Counted from the first letter of the whole stretch, positions 12,172 through 25,779 are shown. The stretch: 61,247 nucleotides of DNA, filler included, from Streblomastix strix (GCA_008636045.1; 2 parts of 2 records of this genome joined end to end with filler, not necessarily neighbours in it); one strand, 5' to 3'. Notes: generated by a model from the sequence alone, not told the origin. Translations and numbers: made by a program.

Positions 12172-12243
12172 GATTTTGGAAACCTTTTGGTTTGCTTGCA
12201 ACTTAAAGTTGCGAGTTTAAATAAATTCAAAACAGATACCAAG

Positions 12244-12960
12244 ATGAATCAAGCATAAGCACTCAAGAATCTCATGGAAAATGGAACATCAATCGAGTAC
12301 TTCAATGATGGATACATAATGAAAGCAAAAGATAAGATAAAATTATACGAATAAGGAAAGAAATAACCGAAATCATTGCCTTTAGCTTAATAAAATAAAT
12401 TACTATTGTAAGCACGAGGTAGAGGTTAAACAAAACCAAAACGTCCAAAAAAACGTTAGATTGAAAGCGATTTTGATGAAGATACGGACGATGAATTCTA
12501 ATAAAGCGAAAGTAAATTCTAACAAACTGAATAATTATACACCGATGATGAAGAATATGAATAAACTATTGTCGAAAAACCCGTGAAAACTCCAATACCA
12601 ACTCCATAGAAAACGATAAAGAAACCATAAATAAATTACACTTCGCCATAAGTTGATCTTGAAGAATTATTACGTTTGCGAACTGAAAATGCATTTATTA
12701 AACAAAAACATCAAGAATCAATAAAGTAAGTTGAAAAATATAAAGAAAAAATAAAGATATTTAAGTAAAATAAAATCAGCGGAAGAATCATAACATCAAC
12801 CATAAACTTCGCCATAAACTGAGAATACTGAACCATAAGAAGAAATTCCTGAAATATGATTTAATGAAACAGATTTTTGGTGAGTATTTATGACAAGCAA
12901 CATAGTTGTTGACTGAGTTCCTCGTCACCAAACTTAATTCGAGGAAAAATATACAAATAT
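12244..12960 (+). pseudogene. Orphan element ORF with acidic and coiled-coil segments
   Basis: MNQAQALKNLMENGTSIEYFNDGYIMKAKDKIKLY...DFDEDTDDEF...VDLEELLRLRTENAFIK; frameshifted; divergent from the ORF starting at 12171. Confidence 0.45.
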
Positions 12961-12974
12961 GTTTAAAACTTACA

Positions 12975-13312
12975 TCATTCTTCAATCATATCTTATTTTT
13001 ATTGTTCCTCTTCTTTCAAATCAAAAATATTTGCAAATTTCAATATTTTCTTATTCTTTTTATTGTATTTATCTAAGATTTAATGCATTAAAGCAAGGTC
13101 AACTTCAATATTTACAGTCAATATTCTCAATCTATTTATTAAATATTGCTAAGAATCAGGAGTAAATTATCGATATAATTTCATTTTAGTAATTCCTTTG
13201 CACGTGCAAATTTACGGCTAATTTCAGCAGCTTTTAATGCTTCTTCATTTGTTTTATATTTAAATCGTGATGATTATCTCCTTACATCAGCGATGTTTGT
13301 AGAATTTTACAT
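12975..13312 (-). pseudogene. Small basic protein downstream of integrase 2
   Basis: MQNSTNIADVRRQSSRFKYKTNEEALKAAEISRKFARAKELLK*...; same position relative to the integrase as ORF 1..346. Confidence 0.45.
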
Positions 13313-13359
13313 TTTCTCTATTTTTTTTTATAAAAAAACTATTTCCATTTTCGCAGATC

Positions 13360-14542
13360 TCAAATTTTGAAATACTATTTATATTTTTAATCTAATTAAC
13401 TTTTATCTTTTGCAACCAATTTGCTATATTATACAGGTGATTCCTTAATATCCATATCAGAATATAATTTTAATAACTTGGCAATCACATTTCTATTTGA
13501 ATATCTTATGAAATCGGCTAATTCATTGAAATTTCTTCTATATTTAACGAACTGATGCCCTATTTTAGAATAATGAAGATGAATCATAAGAATATTTCCC
13601 AGAGAGAATGACATAAGCCCCTATTTCTTTTGTTATTTTTTTGATTTCAAAGAGTTAATTTTACTGTTATCTTATGTAAATCCCTTCAATATCATGATTA
13701 GAATTGGCTTATTCTGGTGTAAATTTATTGTCATGGGCAGAATGAGGAGTCTATTTATACATCAATACCATTTATTGCATTAAATCATTATCTGCAAACT
13801 TCCTAAAATCTTTATCAAATCCATTGCGAATAGTTCTGATAACAGAATCCTCAATTCTGTTATGATTTGTGAATTTAGAATCGGTAAAGAATGAAGTAAT
13901 ATTATTCTCTTAACAGAATGTTTTCAATATATTTCCGTTATATCTTTTCTCGCCATCGTCTCTGATATTCGTAATATTGTAATTCTTAACCAATATTTGC
14001 AATGCATTCTTAATTTAACCTGCAGATTTATCTCACAAATGGAAAACAACGAGAAATTTTGTATTAATATTAATGCAAAACAAATAGATTTAATTTGCAC
14101 GAACTAAACATTCATCCATTGAAAATATTAAATCAATTTCCCAAGATCCGAATTGTGGAGAATATTATGGACAATTTAGCTTAAATTATGGTTTAATTTA
14201 ATAATCAGGCGTAGTTTGTTATACTTTTTGGGGTATTTCGCCATGAATCTTCCTATATTATTATATTTTCGATTTGAATCGATAACGCAATTTGTGTTCT
14301 TATTCCGGAAGCATTGTTTTTCCCCTATGCAACCTAAGTTTGTTTCGCAATCTAAGCACACTAGATTAATCATGTATTTATATGTATTATTTATATAATT
14401 TCTCAAGCAATTTCTCACTAAATTTTCCGAGATTTTACTCACTCTGTTTCTTGACAAATTCCTAATATTTCATTTGATTCAAGTTATGATAAGTGATATA
14501 TTCGATCAATTTTGATACTTTTTCTTATGTTTGTGCGTACAT
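13360..14542 (-). pseudogene. Polinton-type rve-like integrase 2
   Basis: YSPQFGSWEIDLIF...YLFCININTKFLV...IRDDGEK...NHNRIEDSVIRTIRNGF...TPHSA...GNILMIHL...RRNFN. Clear paralog of integrase 1; frameshifted. Confidence 0.85.
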
Positions 14543-14601
14543 TTATAAGTTTAAGCAAAAATAATTTAAGATAAAAGTCCGACTGTTTAAAAGCTGCACA
14601 T

Positions 14602-17600
14602 TCATTATGGCTCATCAACGACGCTTCGCGTCTTTATCCCATTCGGGAAAATTATATAATTATCAGTATTTATTCCATACAAGATAGGTGCGCATGATGA
14701 GTATTTAAGAACTATTGTTTTTGTGTTAATTCCACTAATGCCAACATGATTTGATTTTATTTCTACATTATACTTTTTTTGAATTAAGATTTCTGTGTTA
14801 TTTCCGTGTGAAAATCATCTTAAATATTTCAAATAAAGGAATCTCTTGAAATATTTAGATTTTACTATTGATTAACTCCCTTTAGCTTTATTATTTCGCC
14901 GTTATCATATGTATCCAAATAATAACACTTTGAAGCAAATGTAAAGCATAATATTACTTGATGTTCAATGTTCCAACCAGGTAATTTCTTCTTTTTGTGA
15001 ATTTATTCGGACATTGGTAAAAATTTAGAATATAATTTATTCCAGAATTTTTAATTCGGAATTGGCCAATTTTTATCAGCGATTCTTTAATATAAACTGT
15101 CGGGATCACCGTAAATTACATGTATTTTATTCATGTCAAGACATGGAACAAGAAAATTATAGGAAGTATTAAGATAGAAATATTTGGAATTATCCATCAC
15201 GAAATAAGCAACTTATAACGATGTAGAGCATTAATATTTCTTCTTTTCTAACTCAACAACTGGAAAACTATCAGATAAATATCTTTCTGGCATAAATGTA
15301 TTTAGCATGTGGCACAGTCCAAGTTTTTATCTATTGCAAATCCTAATATCTTAAAATCTCTCTGTATTTAGTGCGTTATAGCCAAATGAAGCATTCAGTT
15401 TTATTTTATATATTAATTCCAGATTTTTATTCCCTGCAGCTAATGCATCACATCTATGCTTATGAGTTTCATTGACGAATTCGTGAAATGAAGTATGTTT
15501 AATGTATGTTATGACTTATTGAATTTCATCAATTACAAGATGACGTCTATCTATAAGAAACCATAAGTGATAGTTATTAAAAGTCATGAATTCATTATGC
15601 GTCAACGATTGCATAAGCAATTTTGATTATTCGATATCGCATGCCATGTGATGTTCAATCATATTTTTGTAAGTATATTCCTCGACAGTTTGCTTATTCA
15701 TTTTTATCTTAAGATTTCGCCAAATTATAGGAAAATTTATAAATTCATTGATAAATTCTTCTGGAATATGATTTTTAACAACTTCAATGAACAACTAATC
15801 CTTGTTTTCGATGACATCCTCATCGCAAGAGAATCTATTTTTATTATAAATTATTTATCATGATCTGAATTCATCTTTATTAACTGAAGTTACATCTCCA
15901 GGCAAATACATCTGATGATTTGTGTACAGAATCAGAATATGCGAATTTGAACTTATTATAGAAGGATAAAAAAAATTGAAATCAATAAATGTTATATGCG
16001 AGATGATATGAGGCAAATCGATGGAATGGACTGTTTCATCTGAAGAGTTATGTTTAAATTTGTTAATTGGCGTTAATCCAGTTATATTTTCTCTGAGCAT
16101 AACGTATGAATTTCCTCCAATCATATTGTTCCGTAAGATTTAATAAACATCTTGACCAGAATTAGTCATTGCCAAATGATTAAGTTATGCAAATTTACGT
16201 AATTATATCATTAATCTATACATTTCTTTACCCTTGTTTGACGCATATTTATTGCAGTAAAGATAACAAGGTTTAACGTTAGTTTTTGTATATGATTTTT
16301 CATTATTATTTCTATCTAAAGTTGGATGATTTTTATAAATAAGTTTTGTTTTACATATGTGACAACAGGAAGAAATGAATAAATCATGAAAATTTTTATA
16401 ATCAGAATCAGAAATATTATGATCTGTACGTTGCTTTTTTAGTTTGTCCAGTTCTTTATAAGATTACACTTCATATTTCCATTGTTTCTCAATTAGATTG
16501 AATGATGGATCATCTGTTTAAGGAAAATAATCAGTATCAATATCAAAATTCTTATATACATGAGAATATTTATCAAGACAAGCAAGTTTTGCAAGTGAAG
16601 TGTTCGCTAATAAGTCAATTTTGTTTTTGAAATATAGATTTATTAAGAAATCGATGGAATTTATCATCAATTTTGATTGCAACACTATGTCAATTTCGTT
16701 GTCGGCCTAAAAGTTGTTGTTTTCGTAAATATTAGCTTAACCAACATCCTCTATGAATTTCTAAAGGAAATATTGTCAACTAAATAGTTCTTTGCATTAG
16801 GAAACTTAAATCGAATCGAATTTACGTTTTAATCTTATTTTTTCATGATTTCTAGATATTTTTCGGTTGGTTTTACTATAAAATATTTAGGGGATGATAT
16901 TTGTCCAACAAAATCGATTGTTTCATGGTTTTTCGATGAGAGATTTCTGAAAATCAATGTAATCAATGTTTTTAAAGAATCAAATCCTACTAATGGCAAT
17001 TCGTACCGTTATGATACCTCAACATGATAACTGTTATCGATTTTAACCCATTTTGCTTCATCAAATATATAATCAAGCCATTAATCAACAAAATTCTCTT
17101 AAGAACAATCGAAATTGCATGTTTTTATTCCTGACTTAGTTCTAATTGCTCATGTAACAGAAATAGGTTTGATTACAGGGTATTTTATTTCATCTTCTTA
17201 TTGAAACATTGAGTAAATTAGAAAAGTAATGAAATATTACGTTGGTTTATATTCTTATAATCAATTATGAGAAAGAAGATATTTATAAGTTTAATTCAAT
17301 GTAATATGCGGTACAAATGGTTTTGAAAACTTCTTTAATCTAACTTATTTATTTGGATTTCCAAGTTTCATCATATATTTTTTAATGTGAGCGTCCATTT
17401 TGCTTTAAACATGTCTTTTTTCATCTTTTGCATAAATTGCATGATTGTTACAGATTGGACAAATAAGTAAACCAATCAGTTTCTCAACATTTATGACATA
17501 TATTATAAGTTAATTGCCAATATCGTCATTTAACAAGAGAATATTATAAGGTTTACGTCGTTCAATTTAAATATCAGTATATGAAATTAATCGTTAATAT

Positions 17601-19045
17601 TTGGGTTTTTATATATTATCTTGGATTCTTTCGCCGACGTATTAATAATAATTGATATTTATCTATTTTTTAGCAACTTTATTTGCATCATTCCAATTAA
17701 ATCCTGGATATTCTTTGAGAAATTTACGTTAATTTTGTTCTGGAATTCCGTAAGAGGAGAATTACAAATGTTTACCTTCTGCAATTCGTTTGTCTATCAA
17801 TTTTCACTTCTTCCGCAATCTTGCTAGCACAACCTAAATCAGGCATAATTACGCATGTTAAATTATACCAGAAACAGATGTTATAATCATCATCAGTATG
17901 AATATAGTTGACAATATTCTTTTTCTTGTAAGTTTTAATCAGTTCTTCCATGTTTTTACCTGGGAAAGATAATCAGTGAGATGTAATTTACATCGAAAAG
18001 ATTGAGACAATAAATTCCTTTATATCAGTTAGTTCTCCGAATTCATGCATAAGCAAAATTAATGAACGTACGTATTCTTTGAAGATATCGATTGAATTTC
18101 TGCCGAATAGAATCATTGGAGTATGTGTTTAACTGAAATTATTATCAGAAAGTTTAATTCTGTAAGAAACTAAGTAGCGTCCGTCAATATATTGGAATTT
18201 ATGAATAAGTTTCTTGTTTTAAAGTAAATCCTTCATGTTTTTTGGAATTTCTTTACGTTAATTACTGACAACAAAGCCAAAAGTACATTTAAATGATCTT
18301 CCTTTTCAAGTGTGTACACATATTCAATGAATTTATCAATATTTTCCAGTGAACGGATATCATTATAATAGAAATCAACAGTTATTGCAGTTGCATCAGT
18401 TATATTATGAAAATCGAGTTTAATTCCACTGGGTCTAATCCTTGCTTCATTAATTGCCTACGTAAGCAAACTTAAATTTAGCGGCTTAGATAATAACAAA
18501 AACTCGGGATCGGCAGAAGAAACTAATTATAACATAGAATCTCCGTATTTATCGATGGAATCTTGAATTTCAATTTGGTTTTTTCTGAAAATTTCTAGAG
18601 AATTTTTATCTAAACTTTGATGGTAATGTTATATCCAAGACAAGTAATTTCACGATTCATCAAATCGGGTATCTATTTCTTTTCTTATTTTTTTTGCAGA
18701 TTTAGGTTACTTACGCTTCTTATTACACTGTTTGCGAGATTCTGATTTGAGTTTGCGACGTTATTTTCGAGATTAATTTTCAACAGTTTCTTTAAGATTA
18801 TATCTTGGCGAAATTGCGATTTTAATTGTCAAACTCCGTTTGATCAGCAGTTTTATCGGCGAATTTTTAGTTTACCGATTTTGCTATTGATTACGTTGCT
18901 TTTATGATACTAAATTACGTATCCGTTATAGCTGTTGCTAATTTGGGTGGTTTTTATTATTTTTTGCTTTATTTAATGGAGGTTGTGATTGTGGAGGCTG
19001 ATTTCGACGTTGATTACGACGTCTACGGCGTGATCTTGTGGACAT
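14602..19045 (-). pseudogene. Protein-primed family B DNA polymerase 2 (pPolB), decayed
   Basis: Motif A ITFIDFNFFYPS (~15980), motif B YKIKLNASFGY (~15400), motif C VIYGDPDSL (~15105). Arg-rich N-terminus MSTRSRRRRRNQRRNQ; many frameshifts. Confidence 0.9.
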
Positions 19046-19156
19046 TTAAGATTTGGTAAAATGTCAAAAAAGAAAGATTCATAAAAAATAATTTAAATAT
19101 TAATAAAGGTTTTTTATTAAATTTAATTATTTTTAATTATTTTTAATTTATAATTT

Positions 19157-22100
19157 ATGTCATAATTAATTAATAATTCGTGAAGTTCGATTTTTTATCT
19201 TGTCGCTTTTAGAAAATTGACAAATGTACAAATAAAAAAGTCTCAAATCTCGGATATATCCGTTAAGATACATATATTGGAGAAAAATCAAAAGATCAAA
19301 CTTAAATTTAACCTTCAAGGTCTGGACTTTATGATTTGGAAATAGATATCTCTTGGTTGTATGAATAGTTGGGCTATAAATCGCATTGAAAATACACTTA
19401 AGTAGATATTTGCATTGATCTTCATAAAAGTAATAAATATGTTTTTCAAGCAAAAAACATATAATTTATCATATTATGTGCGTTCTAAAAATGAAATATC
19501 AAAAAGATTAGTTGACAGAATTTAATTTGCGACAATCAATCTGTACAATTATAATAAGATAGCATATCAGACCAATAATCAATCTGCAAAAGCATATATC
19601 AAGTAAAATAAGAATAAAACATGCACAAGTCATACTCTTGAAATTGCGCAATGCAAATACTTGGCGATAATTGACATAGACATTGATCATGAAGAGAAAT
19701 TAGGTATTTCACAGCGTGATTAGATAAGAAATTGCATAATATGACGGGTTAACGCTGCAAAACAATCAAAAGATTTTGAATATTACAATACTCCAGCAGA
19801 TGCAGAAATCTTGATGGAAAAATACAATTATTATCACAATGTTGGACTTGTAAAATCAACAAGATGCGGACTTCATATTAATTGTAACATGAGTCCATAC
19901 AAATTCATCAAAATTCTATTGTTAGTGTAATTGTAACAAAGGATTTTTCAGTTGAGGTATTTGCATGTGTTGATGCAATGTCTGAAAGATTAATTGTTGA
20001 AGAAATCGACGTTGACGACAGAAATAAACCAAGAAAAATTGTGCAATCTGGAACTTTAATATAAAAACTATCGAGATTCAAAGAGAAAACCATTAAATCC
20101 AAAGATAAAATAGAAGTTATAAACAGGAGATTTAAGAAATCCAATTCTTATGTACCGAGACTTAAATAGCACATTTGAAAAAACAGATCCTGCAAAAATA
20201 TATGATGTATTTATAATCTTAAGCTTTAACATAAAAGTTATTCAATGAGATGAAGAATAATTGGAAAAAATATAAAATCGCGATCAAACATCAGCTGCAG
20301 GCGGAGTCTAAGGAAAAGAAAAATGCGAAATGACCAAAGAATAAGCAGAAATATTAATTCACGGATTAGAAAATATTATAATTCACACAAATCATTCTCA
20401 TGCAGAAGGAGAATTAAGCTTGTTTACTCTTTGTACTTATATAAATGGATTGAGATCCATCGAAGGTGTTGACGATGATTTCATAAATGAATGTTATGAT
20501 TACATAGAAGAAAATTGTGATTACTCTTAATAAGAGTAAACATATTTTTAGGCACATCATGAACATAATTCTGAAAAATAATAATTGCTATATTATTTGC
20601 AGGGATTTATCAAGATGTTCAAGCCGGATTATTATATTTAATAATTTATTCCATAATTAACGTCAAAAAAGAAATAAAATCGCGAATCGTAAACCGCTGA
20701 TTTTGATTTCAAGAAGAGATAAGAGCATAATATGGATATAAAAGAATAATTTAGTTTAGATGACATTATTCATAAAATTAGAGTAAAACCTTATGAATGT
20801 GTTGAAGGAATCATATCTGAATTGACAAAAATACTAAGAATTTAGGAATAAGGGAATGAGGTAGTATATTTACTAAAATAATCAAGAAAATAGAAGAAAC
20901 CGCCGTAAACAAACGTATTTCAAGGGCAATAAGATAAAATTAAAGAATCATCGTTGCTGCGAACTGAAAGTTTGCCAAGTTCCACTCGGAGGACTATGTC
21001 TGAAGAATAAATAGAAAGCATAATCGAAGACGACGAAGAATAATGTCAAAATAATCTGTTTATGAAATTCAGAGGTTATTTGTTGATGAACCAAGAAAAT
21101 GCCTAGATGTACATTCAAAATATAATGATTTGAAATCATAAACACTGTGGCAAATAGCAAATCTGTAAGAAGATTTCTTATTAATTACTGATATATGTTT
21201 TCTAAGCGAAGATCCAAGTGTTTTTTTTCAATATTTTAAGGCTGAAAGTACGATTTTCTTTCTCACAACTATTAACTATCAGTAATTTCCCCGTTTCTAC
21301 ATCTTGTAAGATATGTTATTGCAAATGACAATGAATAAATTTATGAATATATCCTGAATTGGATTTCCCACTTGATTTAATACTCATAGTTGCAAATAGA
21401 TGTATGTATTATATTAACAGCCTTGAAAGGCACTGGAAAAAATACGTTTATGAATATATTAAGCGAATTAATGGACGGATATTCAGAGGGAAATTTAACA
21501 AAACTGTCTTTAATAGGAGTTAAATTCAACAGTTCATTGTTATTTAAAGTATAAACTGTTGTTAATGAGCTAAGAAAGTTCAGCGATATGTCGTAACATG
21601 ATATTAAATCATTGAAATCAATAATAATGGACAACCAATTAGATAATGAGGCAAAATATGTTAATCCACACTCTGAATAAAATGTTAGGAACCTGATTTT
21701 AATATCAATTCATAGCAATCCGGTACAAATATCTATAACAGATAGAAGATATTTGGTATTAAATGTTAACCACAACTTCAGAACATATGATGGTGTAAAT
21801 ATTAATGCAGATAATTCAAAATTCTTCAAGTAAATTAATGAATTAGGTCGATAAAAACTACTTTATGATAATTTATTAACATTTATTGCAAAAAGAAATA
21901 TTTCATTTGTAATTTTTCGTGAAATTCCACCAACAGAAGCAAAAGAAGATATTATCGAAGCATCTTAAACTGATATTGACAAATTTATTTGAGATCGTTT
22001 TATGGATTTGAAAAATGGGATGAATACATCGGCTGCATTGAGTTAATAACTAATAAATATCGCAGTCAAATCTTTTTTAATCGAGATTACGCTAAAAAAC

Positions 22101-22330
22101 GAGTATAAAGTCACATAAATTAAGAAATTACGCCATTACAGCTATAAATTAAAATAAGAATTCATCCCATATTTGGAGAAATTGCATTGCGAATATGCTG
22201 AGACGGTTGATAAAGGATTTAATGAATGAGAATTTATGTAAATCAACGAAAATGAAAAAATTCCCCTAAACCCCACTGTTTAAAAACCAATCTTTGCGAA
22301 ATAAAAAATTCATAATTATTATTTTTGAAA
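19157..22330 (+). pseudogene. Prim-Pol (AEP) primase fused to an SF3/D5-like helicase
   Basis: AEP motif I LAIIDIDID (~19670), motif II VGLVKSTRCGLHINC (~19860). Helicase Walker A ILTALKGTGKNTF (~21430), Walker B TVVNEL, then LKSII...EAKY...NLILIS...DRRYLVL. Confidence 0.8.
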
Positions 22331-22739
22331 ATCCATTTTAAAATAGTAACTTCAAAAACCCTATTTTTAGAAATGAAATCTTAAAAATATTATATCCTTA
22401 AATTTTGGAATATGCATGGTGTTTTGTTATATCAGCCATTACTCCTTATCCCTTTTTCCAATTTCACCTCCTCCTCCTCAGTTACCTAAGTTATTACCTC
22501 ATTTCTTAATTCTCTTTATCAACATCACTTTTACCATTCATCCTTAAATTTGAATCTTATAATTCATCTCACATTTCCCACTTTCTCATTGTTTTTACCG
22601 CTATTTCACCACTTATGATTACTATCTTTTTCAATATCTTGTCTCATAAATCCTCTTGTTAACAATTAATTTCATAGTAATTCAGACATTCCACCAATCG
22701 TTCCATTTCCTCCTTCTCTCAGACATGAAGTTGAAGCAT

Positions 22740-23830
22740 GATACATAAACTGAAAGACTAGATTCAAACGATGAACGAGAGCCAAATTGTAACAATTAGA
22801 AATCTTGCATCATTAATTGGAGAAAGCAGCTACATTTATTTCCAATTCCCACAAATATCTCTCTCGATGAATGCAATCAACAACCTTAAGACTAAATCTA
22901 AAGCGAAGTGGGGCTAGAATGCATCAGTTAGACTTTAGCAGCAAATTCTGGGTAACCTCTAGATAATTCTGATATTAATCAAATAGAATACTCCACGCTA
23001 AATGAACGATTGAACTCCAGACTTAATTTGAACAACAGACGCGAGTGATGATAGTTGGGGTATGACTCTGGAGCACAACTAAGAATAAATAATGGACGCT
23101 GGTCAATGGCTGGGCTCATGGCACCTACATTCAAGTAATTTTGAGGGTGTTAGCCGCGGTATTAATACCTCTCAGATTGTGGAAGTAATCAATATCGATG
23201 TGGAAGGTCAAATGTATATTACTGAAGACCGATAACACAACAACTGAATTCACAATCCGCTGAAGGAGTGCAGCATCAGCGATTCTACACCTTGTTAGAG
23301 AGATTTTTCTCTTTTTAGATAGTCAGACCCTAATGATATACACAGAACACCTACCTGGCCTTCAGAACACGATAGCGGAAGCATTTAGCCTACTTTGCTG
23401 GATCGGGGACTATATGATTAAACCATACCTACTGATAGAAGCACTTCATCAAATCGACTTTCACCCTACTCTGGACGCCTTCGCCCATAGAACGAATAAG
23501 TAATTTGATAGATACCGCTCTCCATAAGAAATTAGGAAGGCTTTCGCGATAAATGCTATGAATATCCCTTGAAGAAGGGAAGAACTTCTATTATACCTCC
23601 CAATTGGACTAATTCCCAAAGTAATATAGAAACTAATTAGAGATAAAGCTGCAGCAGTTCAAATTCTCCCAAGATGGTGCCTCAATAAGTACATATCAAT
23701 GCTACCGCAAATTCTGAGTCAAGTAACTCTAAGTCCATTGGAATGAGTGCTTCTTCGAGGCAAACTTATGAAAGAAGAACAGAAACTCTCACCAGGAACA
23801 ATAGAGCTAATAAAGATAAGTACAAGGATG
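22740..23830 (+). pseudogene. DIRS pol C-terminus: RNase H plus methyltransferase-like domain
   Basis: IRNLASLIG...TTDASDDSWG...ILLKTDNTT...HLPGLQNTIAEAFS...TLDAFAHRTNKQ...LIPKVIQKL...ILPRW. Confidence 0.8.
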
Positions 23831-24815
23831 GAGATTAACTATACAGGTAATTAGACGAATCAACAAATTTGAGCTAAATTGCTATTGACGCATTGATCGC
23901 AGATCAGAACATCGAAACATGGAGGAAAAGGAGAGCAGGACTTACGCTTTTCGCATAATAAATCAAAGAGAAATGTATTAGTGTAAAAGATCTATTAGGT
24001 ATTAAGTCCGATATAGAATTGGTAAAAGCACTGTCTTGTAATAGGTCTCGTTGTGGATCTAAGCTACAAAAGCGAATGAAAAACATGAAGATGCATTGGG
24101 AAATAATCTTATTTTAATTCTAACAAATGAATGAAATGAATAACTCCCCTTTAATAAAGACATTTTCTAAAGGTGAAGGTTAACAAATTTAATCAAAACT
24201 AGGGTATCCAACGATCTGGAATTTACAAATCCTCTTCAACTACATCAGTACACACTAACCATTAACCTCGGAGGAAATCCAGCAAACTGCTATAGCTGTA
24301 ATTGTTGCCTTTTGTGCAGCCAAAATAACCGAACTTGTTTAAATGAAAGTGTCTGAAATCGTACAGCAATTATATTCTATAACACTCCAAAAACAAATTT
24401 CAAAGTGTAAATAAATAATTAAGCATATAATTACCATCATGGAACGAATTGGCAGATGTACCCCAGTCAAAACATTGTTGTCATGGACAGCTCAAAGAGA
24501 GAAAGACTCAATAATGCATGACAAGATTTGGCATAACTTATCCATGAAGGCTCCTGCAACACCACAGTACTGTAGCCACCAACTTAAAAACATCATTAGA
24601 AGAGCTGTCATCTAATCTCCATACACAGGTCCAACCATCCGCCATGCCATGATGACCTGCCTAAGGGCTGCAGGAGCAACATAACCAGAAGTAAATGCAT
24701 TTACCAGACATGCAGTCTCATCTAACGTTGGAGACGTTTATTATAATAAACATTTTGAAGGAAATCTATCTGCATTACTAATATTGAATGAAGAAAGGTT
24801 TATGAAACCTGCGTA
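23827..24815 (+). pseudogene. DIRS tyrosine recombinase
   Basis: YPTIWNLQILFNYI...IVAFCAAKITEL...YTGPTIRHAMMT...AFTRHAVSSNVGDVYYNK. Confidence 0.85.
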
Positions 24816-25779
24816 AAAATCTACATATATAATTATATATATAGCATATATTCATATAAACTTAAAAATTAAATAATATATATACTAATATATTTGCTGT
24901 GATTGTCTCGAAAACGGCCTGGATATGGTATGTTCGTCCCCCTCAGCAAATACTTGTTAGTTATACAAACGGGCAATTTCATTCACAACAATTCACATGC
25001 ACAAATTATTAGCATTTCCAAACATATATGGGCCACTTCATATCCTTTTCATAAGCCTAATTTATATTAATTAATTATATTAAAAGTGAGCAACTTCATA
25101 TATGTATACTTCACAAGCTCAAATATCAATAAACAGTCGAAGATACAATATTTATATATATATATATATATGAAAATGCTTAATTACTATTATATATATA
25201 TGATAAATATCTTCAAATGACTGTATTCCAATAAACAATGGAGATTTATTATGATATGATTGAGTTACATAAAACCCAGAATGTAAATGATTGGGTTTTA
25301 CATATACCCAGAATAATAATAAATTTCCACTGAGTTTAAAATAATAATAATTTTATATTGCAATTACTTATATTTTAATATTTAATAAGTCCCCAATAGC
25401 CCAGAGTATCAGTTCCTTGCGCTGAAGGCGTAGCAGAACTGGTGAATCTCGGAGAACTGTCTATAGACGAGGAAGAATTGGAGGAAGAACAATTACCATT
25501 GTGATGTTCGCATTGGGAGGTTTTCCATTGCGGTTGCATGAAAACAATTTTTTGCTCACATCATCAGTTATATTTTTAAAACCTCGTTATTCCTTTTTAT
25601 CGGATCCGACCCATTTCAAGGTCCTTCTGTATTCCAATAAACAATGGAGATTTATTATTATTATTCTGGGTATATGTAATGATAAAATAAAACATTTAAA
25701 AAAATAATTAAATACTCGACTTTGTGAATGAAATTGATATAAATGAAGCAAAATTAAAAATGTGTTTAATGATATAAAA

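Larger units (their letters stand above)
1..22330. mobile_element. Decayed Polinton/Maverick-like endogenous viral region, probably two tandem or nested units, extending beyond the left window edge
   Basis: Dense intron-less genes: 2x pPolB, 2x integrase, A32-like ATPase, HNH nuclease, primase-helicase. Many frameshifts and TGA stops. No terminal inverted repeats identified. Confidence 0.85.
22720..25680 (+). mobile_element. 5'-truncated DIRS-type retrotransposon (copy A)
   Basis: RT thumb, RNase H, methyltransferase-like domain and tyrosine recombinase, followed by terminal repeat structures at 25221-25330 and 25627-25680. Confidence 0.85.

Noticed and set aside
22330..22720. Polinton terminal inverted repeat at the right end of the viral region
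   Set aside because: No (AG)n/AGTAGT-type terminus or matching partner was seen. The segment looks like a truncation followed by an unidentified fragment.
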